From Pecten maximus (lineage: Eukaryota): 64,000 nucleotides of DNA. Of this stretch, positions 51,633-64,000 are shown piece after piece. How positions within the stretch are numbered: the stretch's first letter is position 1; every line of letters starts with the position of its first letter. The notes beneath the pieces are model-generated. The model did not search any database. It saw nothing but the letters and a program-made list of their open reading frames with translations, and was not told the DNA's origin. The translations under genes were made by a program, and so were the position numbers. The stretch is from NCBI RefSeq assembly GCF_902652985.1, contig NC_047026.1:11904001-11968000 (forward strand), written 5' to 3'.

Positions 51633-51789
51633 ATTTCAGAGTGTTTTAGTGATATGTTCCTTTTCCCCTTTTAGAAGAGATGATAACTACTTGTGATAAT
51701 CAACTTTTATACATTCGCACCGTTACAGGGGGTTTCACATTGACACTTGCGTCCACCAATGCAAACTAATAGTTATACATACTACCATC

Positions 51790-52136
51790 CGTACAATGTA
51801 TACCAAGGCCATACATACCCCAGACCAAACATACCCTCTGTCATACATACCCTAGGTCATACATACCCCCAAACTATACATACCCTAGGCCATACATACC
51901 CTCAAACTATACATACCCCTAGGCCATACATACCCCCAAACTATACATACCCTAGGCCATACATACATACATACCCCCGGCTATACATACCCTAGGCCAT
52001 ACATACCCCCAAACTCCCCGGCTATACATACATACATACCCCCTGCTATACATACTCCTCGGCTATACATACATACATGTCCCCGGCTATACATACTCCT
52101 GGCCATAAATGCTGCTATAAGGGGGTATATGCTGCT
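51790..52136 (-). repeat. Polinton right TIR
   Basis: Inverted copy of the left end, with catacataccc repeats. Confidence 0.9.
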
Positions 52137-53884
52137 TATATGGTCTAAGCAGCTTCTTTTCTTTCGGAATCCATTCTGTTCATCTGCCAGAAGATTGTGT
52201 TGTTCAAGCCAAGAAGATAGACGTTGACCTTATAAATCTTGCATGGAACCGATAATAGCGAAATCCCGCGATAACTGAGTGGGTCCGTTGCGTCCTTAGA
52301 ATCCGCTTTTGGTATAGGATGGATAATGCCCGAGGTCCACTCTCGGGGAATAACACCTTGTTTAAAACAGGTAGTAAACAGTTGTAAAAGAATATCAATA
52401 CACGCGACATTACGGAGAACCTCTGTCGGGATGTTGTCTATCCCTGCAGATTTACGAAGTTTGGCGCGAAAAATGGCCTTAGATACCTCATCCCGCGTAA
52501 TTGGAGTATTTAATGGAAAAACGTCAATTCCGCCCATGGGTTCCGTATTAACATCAAGGAGGGAGCCCTTAACGTACTGTAAGTGTTGTTTGTCGAAATC
52601 GTTATCTTGGAGGTGACCGTTATATAACGATTCATATTTCATTTTCCAATGCTGTAGAACTTTACTATGATCATGCACTATATTTCCTTCTTCATCCTTT
52701 ATTTCCATCGGGATATGTGACTTTTTTCGTTTGCCATCCCTAGCTTGCCGATTTCTTTCCATAATGCTCGTGACTTGTTTTCTGTTAGTAGGGTGTGTAG
52801 TCGATTTTGCTCATCTAACTGATATTTTCTTTTACACTTCCGGTTTAGGCGGTCAAACTTCCGGTGTTCATGACAAAATATCTGTTTCAAGTTACGTCGA
52901 TGTGGTCCGTTACCGCGATGTTTCAGCCATGCACGTTCGCTGTTGTAGGTAATGTCCCATTGCTGTTGGAGATCATCGTTCCAGTATGGTTTGTATAGCG
53001 ATTTTCCTTTCCGTTTAGACTCCCCTACACGTTTCACTTTAACGCGTTTATCCATTTCCTGCGAGATAAATTCCGTGAAGTTTTTATACGCCGCGTCCAC
53101 ATCCTTGAGGTCATTGAGGTCATTCTCAATTTTAGTAATTGTTGCGCGAATCAGATCGATGCTGTTCTCATCCTTTAAAAAGTCGGCGGGAACCGTAGAC
53201 ATGATGTACCGTTTTACGTTATCGTTCTGATTGTTGTCACATAGCTGTTCGGCAGCATTTAAATGTACCGTAGTCTGTATGGTAAATCCAAGTACGGAAT
53301 GATCTGGATAACTGGTGTAACCATTAATGTTGAATTTCTTCACTACGTCAGATACAACATAGACTTTAAAATTTTCATATAAAATCAACTGTTCATGAGG
53401 CACTATCGCATAGTCTACGACCGAGCGACCTCTATGTGATACATGTGTAAAGTTGTCTTTATCAAGTCTTCCATTCAGAACACAAGTGTTGGTTTCCACT
53501 AGAAAGTCGACGAGCATATCTCCAAAGTGGTTAGTACCTTCGTCGATCGTAGTCCTCGGGGGTACCTGATGTACACCCTCGCTATAGTCCGACGCGTCAC
53601 CTATTCGAGCATTAAAATTGCCGACAATACATATGTTTCCCAAAGTTTGGTAAGAATTAATGTTTTCCAGTAGTTTATGATAAAAAACATCACCATCGAC
53701 CGGTCTAGTTGTTTGTTGTGGTGGAAAGTAACAAACACACAGATACATTTATTAGCATTTATTAGCATTTATTAGCATAAATAATGGACGCAGGCTGTAG
53801 CCTCTATATCCATATCAATATCAATACATAGTATAATATAAATATTTCCTATGTAATTAATGGCTTTATATTAGTTCCTGTACA

Positions 53885-54023
53885 TTCATGAATAATAACG
53901 TTTATTTTTCCAATGATCATCTAACATTATTTCAAATTTTATGACAGAATCAGCATCGACAACAATTTGTGGCAAGCTATTCCATAAATCAATAACTCGG
54001 TAACTGAAAAAATGTTTCCTCCC
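53885..54023 (-). mobile_element. 3'-terminal fragment of a CR1-like LINE
   Basis: Minus-strand reading RKHFFSYRVIDLWNSLPQIVVDADSVIKF. Confidence 0.65.
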
Positions 54024-54205
54024 TGTAAAGATAATGAACTATTCATATAAGTAATAAAGTGTCATTTCTTGTATTAACTTCAAGTTACATGTGTTTCACA
54101 TGGCGGCGACATCCGGGTTACTCAGGGGAATACTAATATCCGGATATAATGACGGATAAGGATCCGGATCAAACCTGATAGACTATACTATACATTATCA
54201 TTACA
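54024..54205 (-). repeat. Gypsy 3' LTR (~182 bp)
   Basis: TG...CA ends with a 12/13 terminal inverted repeat (tgtaaagataatg / cattatcattaca); PPT-like aagtgtgggga immediately upstream on the minus strand. Confidence 0.75.
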
Positions 54206-57130
54206 TCCCCACACTTAAAGGAATTAACTTTAAAGTCGCCAAACACAAAACATAGGATGGACACTTTCACAACATTATTATTAACTAACTTTAAGCAATT
54301 AAATTATCATTTACCTAATGATAAAGACAATTATATCTTTAACTCAGTTTTAACCAAGTCCATGCAAGAGATTAACTCTTGAAATAAAGAACAATGAATA
54401 GAACTATAATTATCAGTGTTTGTTTCATTACAGTTCATATAATGGAAACATAACTCTTATCATAACTTCTTAATTCCACGGAATACCGATATAATTACAC
54501 AGTTTCAATTAATAGATCAGGTCTTTTCACAACTCTTCCGGAACTGGTTCTGAAGCACAATCCAGCAGGTTCCTGAACACTAGATGAGGTTTTGGGTTCA
54601 ATTCTAATGTTTGATGTTGATTCATAGTTCTCAATCAGCTCAGAATCATCAGAATTTTGACCATTTCCATCAAATTCAGTATATACATCTGAAGACGGTG
54701 TTTCCTTCTGGAACGACACTTTTTTCAGGTGACGTCTGTTCCTTCTGTAACAAACTCCTTGATTCCCTTGGACAATATATGACCTAGGATTCACTTTCCC
54801 ATGACTGTAGCATGGTCTTTCCAATAACCATTTGAATCTTGAATGAGTACCTGGTTCCCGCGATCCAATGTGGTCAATGCTTTAACATGGTTACGGTTGT
54901 CATAGAAATGCTTTTGTTTCATTTTCTGTTGATTTCTCCAGAGTTTAACATCAGGGTGTTTAGCTTTATCCTTGAGTTCACTCGAAGGTAAGTTTGACAC
55001 AAGTTCTCTTCCCATCAACATTTCAGCAGGGGATTTCCCATTATCCATAGGTGTACTTCTGTAGACTAACAATGCCATGTTGACGTCTTCTCCACTTTCC
55101 TTGCATTTTTTGAACATATTTTTGACAGTTTGAACGGTTCTTTCACAGAGTCCGTTTGACTGTGGATAGCGTGGACTGCTGGTCACATGTTGAAAATTCC
55201 ACTCAAATGCAAAATCTTTGAATTCTCTGCTGCTATAACATGGACCATTAACACTGAAAACTACTTTTGTGACGCCATGTCTCGCGAAAACACTTTTGAG
55301 TGCTTGAATAACAGAATGTATAGTCTGACTTGACAATGTTAGGACCTCTGGGTAATTCGAGAAAGCATCACACATCACGATGTAGCAAACGAGAACAAAT
55401 CTGTTGATATTTTTTCCCATGGAGAATCTTCTATCGCATGAGGTATCAACGGTTCAGACGGTTGGGTTGGGTTGTATTTTCTGCAAACCTCACAATTATC
55501 CACAATATGATCTATGTCAAAGTTCATATTTGGCCAATAAACAACTTGCCTGGCGCGGTTTTTACACTTCTCGCGACCCAAGTGACCATGATGAATCTTC
55601 TTAAGCATAGCAGTACGCATGTCATTAGGTACAACAATGCGTGTTCCTTTCAAGATCAAGCCATTAATGACCGATAGTTCCTCACGAAATGTCCAATACG
55701 GTTTCAGTTCAGACGGACATTCATGTTGTATTTCTGGCCAACCAGCAGTGATAACTTCAGACAATTTCCTTAAGGTTTCATCTGACTGAGTAGATTCTAC
55801 GAGCTCCTCTCGTCTAACTCCTGACACTGGCAAGGACTCGTACACTGCATTCACAAATATCTCAACTTCATCATCAAGCGAGTTAGAGTTATCTCCCTTC
55901 ACAGGTGCTCTGGATAATGTATCTGCCATGTACATTAGTTTTCCTGGCGTGTGAAATAATGTGAAGTCATACTTCTGTAATCTAAGCTTCAGTCTCTGTA
56001 TCCTGGGGGGACAATCATTGTACGATTTACTAAAGATAGCGACCAATGGCCTGTGATCTGTCTCTACTTCAAAGGATCTGCCATAGATATATTGGTGAAA
56101 GCGCTCACATGCAAAAGTCAATCCGAGTGTTTCTCGCTCAATGTTGGCATATCTGCTTTCACAATCAGTAACTGATCTGGATGCGTAGGCTACTGGACAC
56201 CAGTCATTGCCATGTTTTTGTACGGCTCCTAATCCCAGCTGTGATGCGTCACATGATATCCTGATTTCACGATCTGGATCATAGAATTTTAGGATTGGTT
56301 CCTGCGAGATTAGATCTTTGAGTTTGTTGAAAGCTATCTCCTGTTCAGGATTCCATTGCCATACATTCTTTTCCAACAGAAGTTTTCGAAGTGGTTCTGT
56401 TCTCCTCGACAAGTCTTTGATGAATCTTGCAAGATAATTCACCATGCCAAGAAATCTTTGTAGCTCTTTCCTGTTTGTAGGTCTCTCCATGTCAACAATT
56501 GCTTCAACTTTACGCGGATCTGGCTTAACCCCTTCTGAGGTGATTGTGTCTCCAAGGAATGTTAAGCTGTTGACGCCTATTTCACATTTCTCCTTGTTCA
56601 ACTTTAGATTTGAGTTTCTAGCTTTTTGAAGCACAGCCCGAACACGTTCATCATGTTCCTGTCTGTTCTTTCCCCATATGATGATGTCATCCATGGAAGT
56701 GTCAACTCCTGTATATCCTCAAATAGGTTGTGTATAATCCGATGGTATATCTCGGGCGCGCTGCTGATTACAAAGGGAAGCCTATTGAACCGATACCTTC
56801 CGAATGGGGTGATAAATGTACATAAATCTGCACTTTCTTCCTCCAACTGGATTTGCCAAAATCCACTTGCAGCATCAAGTTTTGAGAAAATGGTTGATCC
56901 TTCAAATCTGGACATTATCTCTTCTCTAGTTGGGAGTTTATAGTGTTCACGTTTGATACACTTATTTAAATTCCTGGGATCTAAACAGACACGCAATTTC
57001 CCATTGGGTTTGTGTACGACTACTAGAGAGTTGACCCACTCAACTGGTTTCTCTATTTTCTGAATCATATTCATTTTCTCCATATAATCCAGCTCCACCT
57101 TCAACTGGTCGTGTAACGTCATAGCATGAT
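54024..57130 (-). mobile_element. Ty3/Gypsy LTR retrotransposon relic, 5'-truncated
   Basis: RT (LDAASGFWQ, PFGRYRF, MDDII), RNase H (CDAS, TDHRPL), HHCC zinc finger and integrase (SSPRYPQSNGLCER). 3' LTR at 54024-54205 is preceded by a purine-rich tract. Confidence 0.92.
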
Positions 57131-57379
57131 AATGACTGTACAGGTAAATTGTGGAACAGATGTCTATGTCCTTAATTTCAAGTTCTGCAGGTAGCAACAG
57201 ATGATTCATCTTCGAAGATGAGAGACGGTACGCCAACATATACCCCGATGTGGGTTTTGGAATGTCAGAGGATGGAGCGCTGACTATACTTCTGGAAGCT
57301 CCGGGCGAAATGTGTAAATAGTTTGAATCTTGACATTATTGGATTTCTTATTCACAAGAATTTACTGTATTACCATGAT

Positions 57380-59940
57380 ATATATATTCTAGATGATACA
57401 TCCGAAGGCATTTTGTGGCTGAAACTGTCAAATAATGGAACGTCAGAATTATGATATGTCTGCTATCTACCGCCACAATCCCCGACCAGAAATGATGTAC
57501 AGGGCTTGTTTAACACTCTTATTGGACAAATTTACTGTTATCAGAACAACGGTCTGTTCCTGATGTGTGGATATTTTAACGGGCGATGCGGTGAGCAAGA
57601 GGATTTTGCGGCAGGCCCTGACCACTTTCCGGAGGGAAATTTGATTTATTTCAATGTGAATAAATATGTTGAACATTTTAGCGAATTGTTAAAAGGAGCC
57701 AACTGCTGTATTCCAAACCGCCGAAATTGTGCAAACAATTATTTTACGCATGTTTCTACGTAGGGAAGTTCAATTATTGAATATTGAAGAATTCCAAATG
57801 AATACATGGGCAATTTTACCGAATTCACGGTCACATGTACGATCGAGCTTTTTGATAACCGTGATATATCAAAAGCCATTGACCAAGCGGTCCGCATACC
57901 GAATCTCTCTATTCTTACCAGGGTATTTCAGTAGGACGTTAGTGAATAAAGCAAAGCCACAGCGGAAACGTTGGGGACATATACAAGAATGAACTTTATA
58001 GCGGGTACGATACTACCAATACTACGATGACAATGACAATTGTTTATTCTCGTAAACAGTACAGTGCAGAGAATATAAAGATTAACAAATGGATAACAAT
58101 AATGCATGGTAAAACGTGATGGACATCGGTATTGTGAATTGATTATCTCATTTATACTTCGACTATAAATGGACACTTTTTAAGTGATGGAGAAGAAATT
58201 ACGTGTTTAAATACTAGGATTGCAGAACGCTCAGGCTAAGTTAATAATGAAGATGGTGTACGATATTGCACACCGCGAAATATCAAAGTCATGTATCTTG
58301 CGCACTAGAAAACTGCAAATTGGTATAAACAGCAAAAAAAGTCGGATGGGTGAACCCTGGCGAAATGAGAACCTCGCTACATTGTGGAAGTCTAAAGGGG
58401 CACGACGTCACTTCGATCAGGAAGTACAGAAAGCTAAACGCCGTTATCTTTGGGAGCAATGCAAACACCTGGAGGAACTCAGCGAATCAGGAGATTCCAA
58501 AGCGTTCTGGAACTCAGTCGGGAAAGCCGGTGACGGTTATGAGAGAAAACAGATTATTCATATGGAAGCTGTCGCCGGACGAATGTTTATTGGCGAAGTA
58601 TCCATTTATAAAGCGGTCAGATGCTGTGTACGTGTAAACGGTCTATGTACAGAGGCGTTCGACGTAAAGTGCAGTTTAAAACAAGGTTGTTTATCGTCAC
58701 CTTTAATTTCCATCCTCTATATCAACAACATGATCACATACTTTAATATAGTTCTAATGCAATTCGATATACGCAGACGATCTAGTTATACTAGCCGGGA
58801 AAGAAGATGACCTCAAAATACTACTCGACGGTCTCTATACATAGACAATAACAAAGAGGTTGTCCGTTATATATAATGGTTTTAAATCTGATGTGGTACA
58901 TATAAGATTAAAATCAGCTTCATAGACCATAACGAAGTTTGCATACGGTAACACTACACCGGGTTTATGTTGTAGGTACAGATATCAGGGTTAACCTTTG
59001 TCGGAGCATCTTGACTTTAATGTAGCCGTTAAATGTGTAACAAACTCTGCATATAGGGCACTAGGACTACCTTTAGCGATGACATTCGGTAGCCTACCCT
59101 ATATGACGCTACTGTGTGGCCTATTTTAAAATATGGAGCTGCAATATGGGGTACCCGACAATATAGTTGCATCAGTGCTATACAAAACAGGGCTTGTTGG
59201 TACTTTTTACAGTAAGGTTGGGACGGTACGGATCAAATGCTGAAATGGACGGAGATATGGGATGAACCCCAGTAATTGTATGTCAATGGACAGCTGTCTA
59301 TAGGCAATGGGGGTAGACTCTTAAATGATGTGCCTAACGATAGGCTCAATTATCATTTATTCATGTTTGCTTATCAAAGAAATTCTCGTCATTTTAAAAA
59401 CTATGCATATCCCATAATTGTGTACGTGAGAGGTTAAGGTAATTAGATATGTCAATATTTGATAACGGTCCATTTAATACTAAAGAAATTACATATGTTG
59501 ATGAATAGAGAGGGATGAAAATGTTTATAAATGAGTGGAATTTGGATGTAAATAGAAATACGAGTAAGAGTGGGTGACAAGATGGAAATAAGTTGAGGGT
59601 TTATAAGCTTTTTAACTTAATTAAGAAAATGAGAAATATGTGCACATGTTTAATCGCAAACTTCAGGAGTAATGTAGCCCGTTACGTATGGAAACAGGGC
59701 GGTATGGGAGATTACCAATTGAGGAGATCTACAGGCCAAGTAGAATGTCCGGTGTATGTTGACATAAGTAATGAGCTCCATGCCCATGCTACATCTTTTT
59801 ATTGATAATTTTAACAACATGTATATGAATAATACTGATAAAATATCAGCGCCCTCAGTAAGTCTAGTGTATTACGTTTTACTGCCAAAACCTGCTTCAA
59901 TAACTCGACGGAGACAAATTCTATATAGATAGCTATTAAT
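57380..59940 (+). mobile_element. Strongly decayed APE-RT LINE, related to the 37.6-53.7 kb family
   Basis: Remnants CYLPP, CGYFNGRCG, LKQGCLSSP, YGAAIWG, IQNRAC and NKLRVYKLF. Confidence 0.75.
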
Positions 59941-60127
59941 TGTGATTTGTTATTGGAATTATTCAAACTCAGACTGTCTCAAATTTCCAATATGGAATGG
60001 ACGTCAGATTCAAATGGTGTGTGGTCGTGAATTTAAAAAAGAAGAAAATTATGAATTGTGCATCTGATGTGTGACATTTTAATAAAAAATATTTGAATTG
60101 AATTGCATTGAATGGAATCTGTGATAG

Positions 60128-60365
60128 CCTGGGCTCGTGACATCAGGTAATATGTTTATTAACCTGGGCTCGTGACATCAGGTAATATGTTTACTAACCT
60201 GGGCTCGTGACATCAGGTAATATGTTTACTAACCTGGGCTCGTGACATCAGGTAATACGTTTACTAACCTGGGCTCGTGACATAAGATAATATGTTTACT
60301 AACCTGGGCTCGTGACATTGGGTAATATGTTTAATAACCTGGGCTCGTGAGCTCGGCTAATACGT
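60128..60365. repeat. 35-bp minisatellite, about 7 copies
   Basis: Unit cctgggctcgtgacatcaggtaatatgtttactaa. Confidence 0.95.
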
Positions 60366-61731
60366 TCCATACTAACTGAAATTAAAACAAATGAACCATG
60401 ATGTGATTTGATATAAAATGTGTAAATCCAAAATATTGACGTTTTATAGACTGGCCACCAGCCCGAAGTTTTTTGTTAAGAATTGGCAAGCTAAATTCTA
60501 GTACTAGATTATCTCCCTTAGTTTGAAACTTAGAATCAGAAATATCCTAGAGACCAAAATAAAGATTAATGTCGTTATAATTTTATTATTTTATAGACAG
60601 TGGGCCAGTTGGACTATTTGCTCAGACATTCACAGAATTAAAGATATATACATGTTACAGATGAGCGTACAGAAATAGGAAGGTACAGTTGGGACAAATA
60701 CATGTAGGAGACTTCGAGGGGACATTGATTTAGTAAAAACATATTAACTAGGGATATTTGAGTAACGCGAGAAAAGAACGGTTTTATGATATTTAAGATT
60801 GTGAAATAGATTTTTAACTTCAATATTTGATAATGATATAACATCAACATCACATTTATGTGTATATTCATCAGTTGGAAATAATTCCTTAAAAGGCGTT
60901 AATTACAAATGTATACATGTCTATACAGTGTGTGTCATTTTAAACGCTGAAACAAAATAATATAATGATAAGATGAAAGCAAATATTGGTAAAACCAACT
61001 AATATAAGGATAACATCGTATAATACAATAGCAAAGCCAAATAATATAATGAAGGCATCATGTAATAAAATGACAAATCAAATAGTATAATGGAAATATT
61101 AATTAATTTTGTATTTTCTATACCATATATGGTAGCTATGGCGTTCCATAGTTTAACGCCAAAGGTCTCTCCATTCGGATGAAATTAGAGTGTCTATACA
61201 TACACTGTAGAACGGATGGCGATACGGCAGTATGTATCATAATATAATATGCACAAAGGTAAGTAAATTCACACAATACACAGTTGATATCAATCACGTT
61301 GTGTTTGTAAGTTATTAATCAAGTACTCATAAATATCCCACTATCAGCAATATTTCTATCAGGATATCCGAGTCGAACAGCAATGGTGGAGAAAAATAAA
61401 GACTCCGACAACATGAAAAAATGTTAGATTACCACAGTGTAAAATGATTCTACATATTCGATAGATTTATGAAATATAACTACCTGTATCACTGTTAACA
61501 TATGTAGTTTAAGATTCGCCAGTTATCAAAACAACTATATATATTAGATTACGTGGGAAAATAGTTTGACTATTTCCTGCAATATTACGGAGCTAACAAA
61601 GAAGTTTAATATTAATTTTATGTTAATGTAATGTAAACAAATACGACATCTCATATTGATCGTGGGTTTTGAATTTTTGCCATTTTCCTTTGGTTTTTGA
61701 AATGTTTTGTATCCACAGTTCATGATATAAA

Positions 61732-62872
61732 ATGAAGTTGACAAAACCAGACCAAGGCTGGTCTTGGTTGGTACTCGGAGCATCGTTTGGAGTCATGGTC
61801 ATCAATGGCTGCCTCGGACAAGGCATCGGAGTGGTACATCTCGCCCTCCTCGAAAACTTTAATGAGGATAGCACGAGGACAGCGTTGGCTGGATCTCTGT
61901 TTGCGGCAACACAGTCATGTGGAGGTCAGTACATGGATAATGGAATATCCCGAGTTTCCTCTGGCCCTGACACCAAGCCCTACACCAGACATGGTGTCAG
62001 GACCAGAGGAACTCAGGCTAACTGGAATAGGATGCGTTTGTGACATATCGGTTTACATTTCAAAGCAAAGTCAGGGTTTTTGTCACAAAATGGGGCAAAA
62101 TATACTATAGTGCCAACACAGAAGGTGGTACGTATCCAATGTGTCATCACACGAGGCCAAATGCACCACACTGTCAACTCACAATGGTAAAACTTATATC
62201 TGTCATCACTCATGGACAAAATGTACCACTGTCAACTCACAATGGTAAAACTTATATCTGTCATCACTCATGGACAAAATGTACCACACTGACAACTCAC
62301 AATGGCACACTGACAACTCACAATGGCAAAACTTATATCTGTCATCAATCATGGACAAAATGTACCACACTGACAACTCACAATGGCAAAACTTATATCT
62401 GTCATCACTCATGGACAAAATGTACCACACTGACAACTCACAATGGCAAAACTTATCGCTACCATTACTCATAAACAAAATGTCATCGTCATCACAAAAT
62501 CCTATCCCGTACTTAATCGATCCAAACAGAACAAAAACCAACAAAAGTAAAGGTGCTAAAACAAAGGAATTTGCATCTTGACGTATTTACTGTAGAAAGC
62601 ATTTTGCATATTCTAACGGTCTCGGACTGCACAACTACGTCATAGTAGATATCAAGCCACCATTGCCAAATACCATAATTATAAAACAGCTTTCCCTAAC
62701 ACCATAATGATTAGTATGTTGGTTGCAGGTGTGTTTGCTGGTTTTATCATTAAGAAGTACAGTTGCCGGGCAGCAACTATAGCTGGCTCACTGGTGATGA
62801 CCGCTGGGTTTCTTTGCTGCGTCTTCATCAACACTCTCGACTTAGTGATACTGTTTTATGGGGGTATAGCAG
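61732..62872 (+). CDS. SLC16/MCT transporter copy 2, first two coding exons (61732-61924, 62729-62872); continues beyond the window
   Basis: Exons near-identical to copy 1, with the same splice sites. Confidence 0.88.
62155..62460. repeat. ~60-bp intronic minisatellite, about 5 copies
   Basis: Lines 62341 and 62401 are near identical. Confidence 0.9.
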
Positions 62873-63036
62873 GTAATAGTTTTTAATTGTTTATAATCGC
62901 AAAATAAATTCATGTGAAAGTAAAGTAAATCAATCATCTGCATTTAACCAATATAATAAAGAGCAAATGACTGATTATTCATGTATTCTGTAGCACTGAA
63001 TGTTGGCAGAATTTTTTTTCTTAAGGTTGCATTCAT

Positions 63037-63944
63037 GATGTATTCCTCTGTGATTTGAATTACGTTTAAGCCTCGTTTTGATCTCGTCTAAATGTTTTTT
63101 GCAATATTAAACAAACTATGGTCAACTGTATTAGTAAACACGAATCTGAAAAATAGGTTAAAAATATATATACCTCTGTTGTTTTTAGTTGTTGATATTT
63201 CACAAGAATTTTGATAAATTACCTTCCCATTCGGCAGCCATTTTGAAAACGTGCCCTTCATGAAAAGCCTAAATGTCATTCTTATTAATTGTAGATTGGT
63301 CCCTAAAATCATCAGTGTTGCCATTTTTAATTGCAGCAAGCTCATTTTGTAATATTCATTATAATGAAAATAATATACTACAATATGAAAAATTAGATAT
63401 TTTTTATTTGTATTTTTTCAACACTTCTGGTGTAACTTGGATTTTTTGATTTTTGACGACCCCGAAATGGTGAAAAATAACACATATAATGATTAGACAA
63501 AAAGGGAAGCACACGCACATCCCATTTTAGAAAAAAGGTGAACTTTTAACTTTTATATAAAGCGTTTAATAAGAAAAAAATAAACAAAAACAAACAAACA
63601 AAAAAGGTGAAAATGAGTGTTTTCCTATTCAAAATTAAGGGGTAAGGGTAACTTAAATTGCTATTCTGAGTTAAATGAACAGTAAAAGAAATTAATTTCC
63701 ATGCATGATTTAAAAGACAGTACTATTTTTGGCAGTTCTGCAATCATCTATATATATATATATCTGACAACACATACTGGAGATAATATGTGGATTTGTC
63801 CTGTAAAAGGTCAAAAGAGCAAAATTTACTTAAAATCACATATCATGTCAAATCGGGTATCTAAGCATTTTCTGCTATGACATTAATTCCCATTCCCAAA
63901 AATGAATAAGAGAAGAATTATTTAACATCACAGAGGTGTACACC
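63037..63944. mobile_element. Non-autonomous TIR element at a TTAA site (Kolobok-like), in an intron of SLC16 copy 2
   Basis: Imperfect TIR gatgtattcctctgtgat on the left versus reverse complement ggtgtacacctctgtgat on the right, with TTAA on the right. Absent from the paralogous intron of copy 1 (~23690). Confidence 0.55.
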
Positions 63945-64000
63945 TTAAGCTAGAGCTGTGGAGATGCATACACCCCGGGAAAGTAGCTGGAAGAATAAAT

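Larger units (their letters stand above)
39135..52136. mobile_element. Polinton/Maverick (polintovirus) endogenous element, 13.0 kb
   Basis: TIRs begin AGCAGCATATACCCCCTTATAGCAGCATTTATGGCCAGGAG. 6-bp TSD TATATG at 39129-39134 and 52137-52142. Carries integrase, minor and major capsid, adenain, ATPase and pPolB genes. Confidence 0.96.
37600..53750 (-). mobile_element. APE-RT non-LTR retrotransposon (CR1/L2-group-like; clade uncertain) split by the Polinton
   Basis: Endonuclease at 52699-53748 (CYFPP, GNFNAR, SVVDY, DHSV), RT N-terminal part at 52145-52762, RT C-terminal part at 37767-39134 (FVDAKKAFD, QGCNISP, HADD). Removing the Polinton restores the reading SCLDHIYSL. Confidence 0.9.

Noticed and set aside
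51747-51995. 82-aa Pro/Tyr/His-rich ORF
   Set aside because: Translation of the right TIR microrepeats.
57130-57380. 5' LTR of the Gypsy element
   Set aside because: No match to 54024-54205 found; the element appears 5'-truncated.
62040-62581. Repetitive Cys/His-rich ORFs
   Set aside because: Translation of the intronic 60-bp minisatellite.

Overview
AT-rich animal genomic DNA with spliceosomal introns, probably from a mollusc (bivalve-like repeat landscape; this is an inference). Host genes are an intronless, probably secreted intradiol ring-cleavage dioxygenase-like gene (minus strand, ~7.5-8.1 kb) and two tandem paralogous SLC16/MCT-type transporter genes. Copy 1 is complete with 5 coding exons at 22.8-35.3 kb; copy 2 starts at 61.7 kb and runs off the window. 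Most of the rest is nested mobile DNA. It includes a decayed I-group LINE and a Sola1-like transposon with an intact 4-exon transposase in a 5' intron of SLC16 copy 1; that transposon itself carries a palindromic element and a PHD-MULE relic. A Ngaro-type tyrosine-recombinase retrotransposon with split direct repeats is interrupted by a hAT element. There is also a Gypsy relic, several LINE relics and minisatellites. The most notable object is a 13-kb Polinton/Maverick endogenous virus (39135-52136, 6-bp TSD TATATG) inserted in a LINE RT gene. It carries integrase, capsid, protease, ATPase and pPolB genes, a spliceosomal intron inside pPolB, and an intact gene for a tandem-PC4 putative ssDNA-binding protein.
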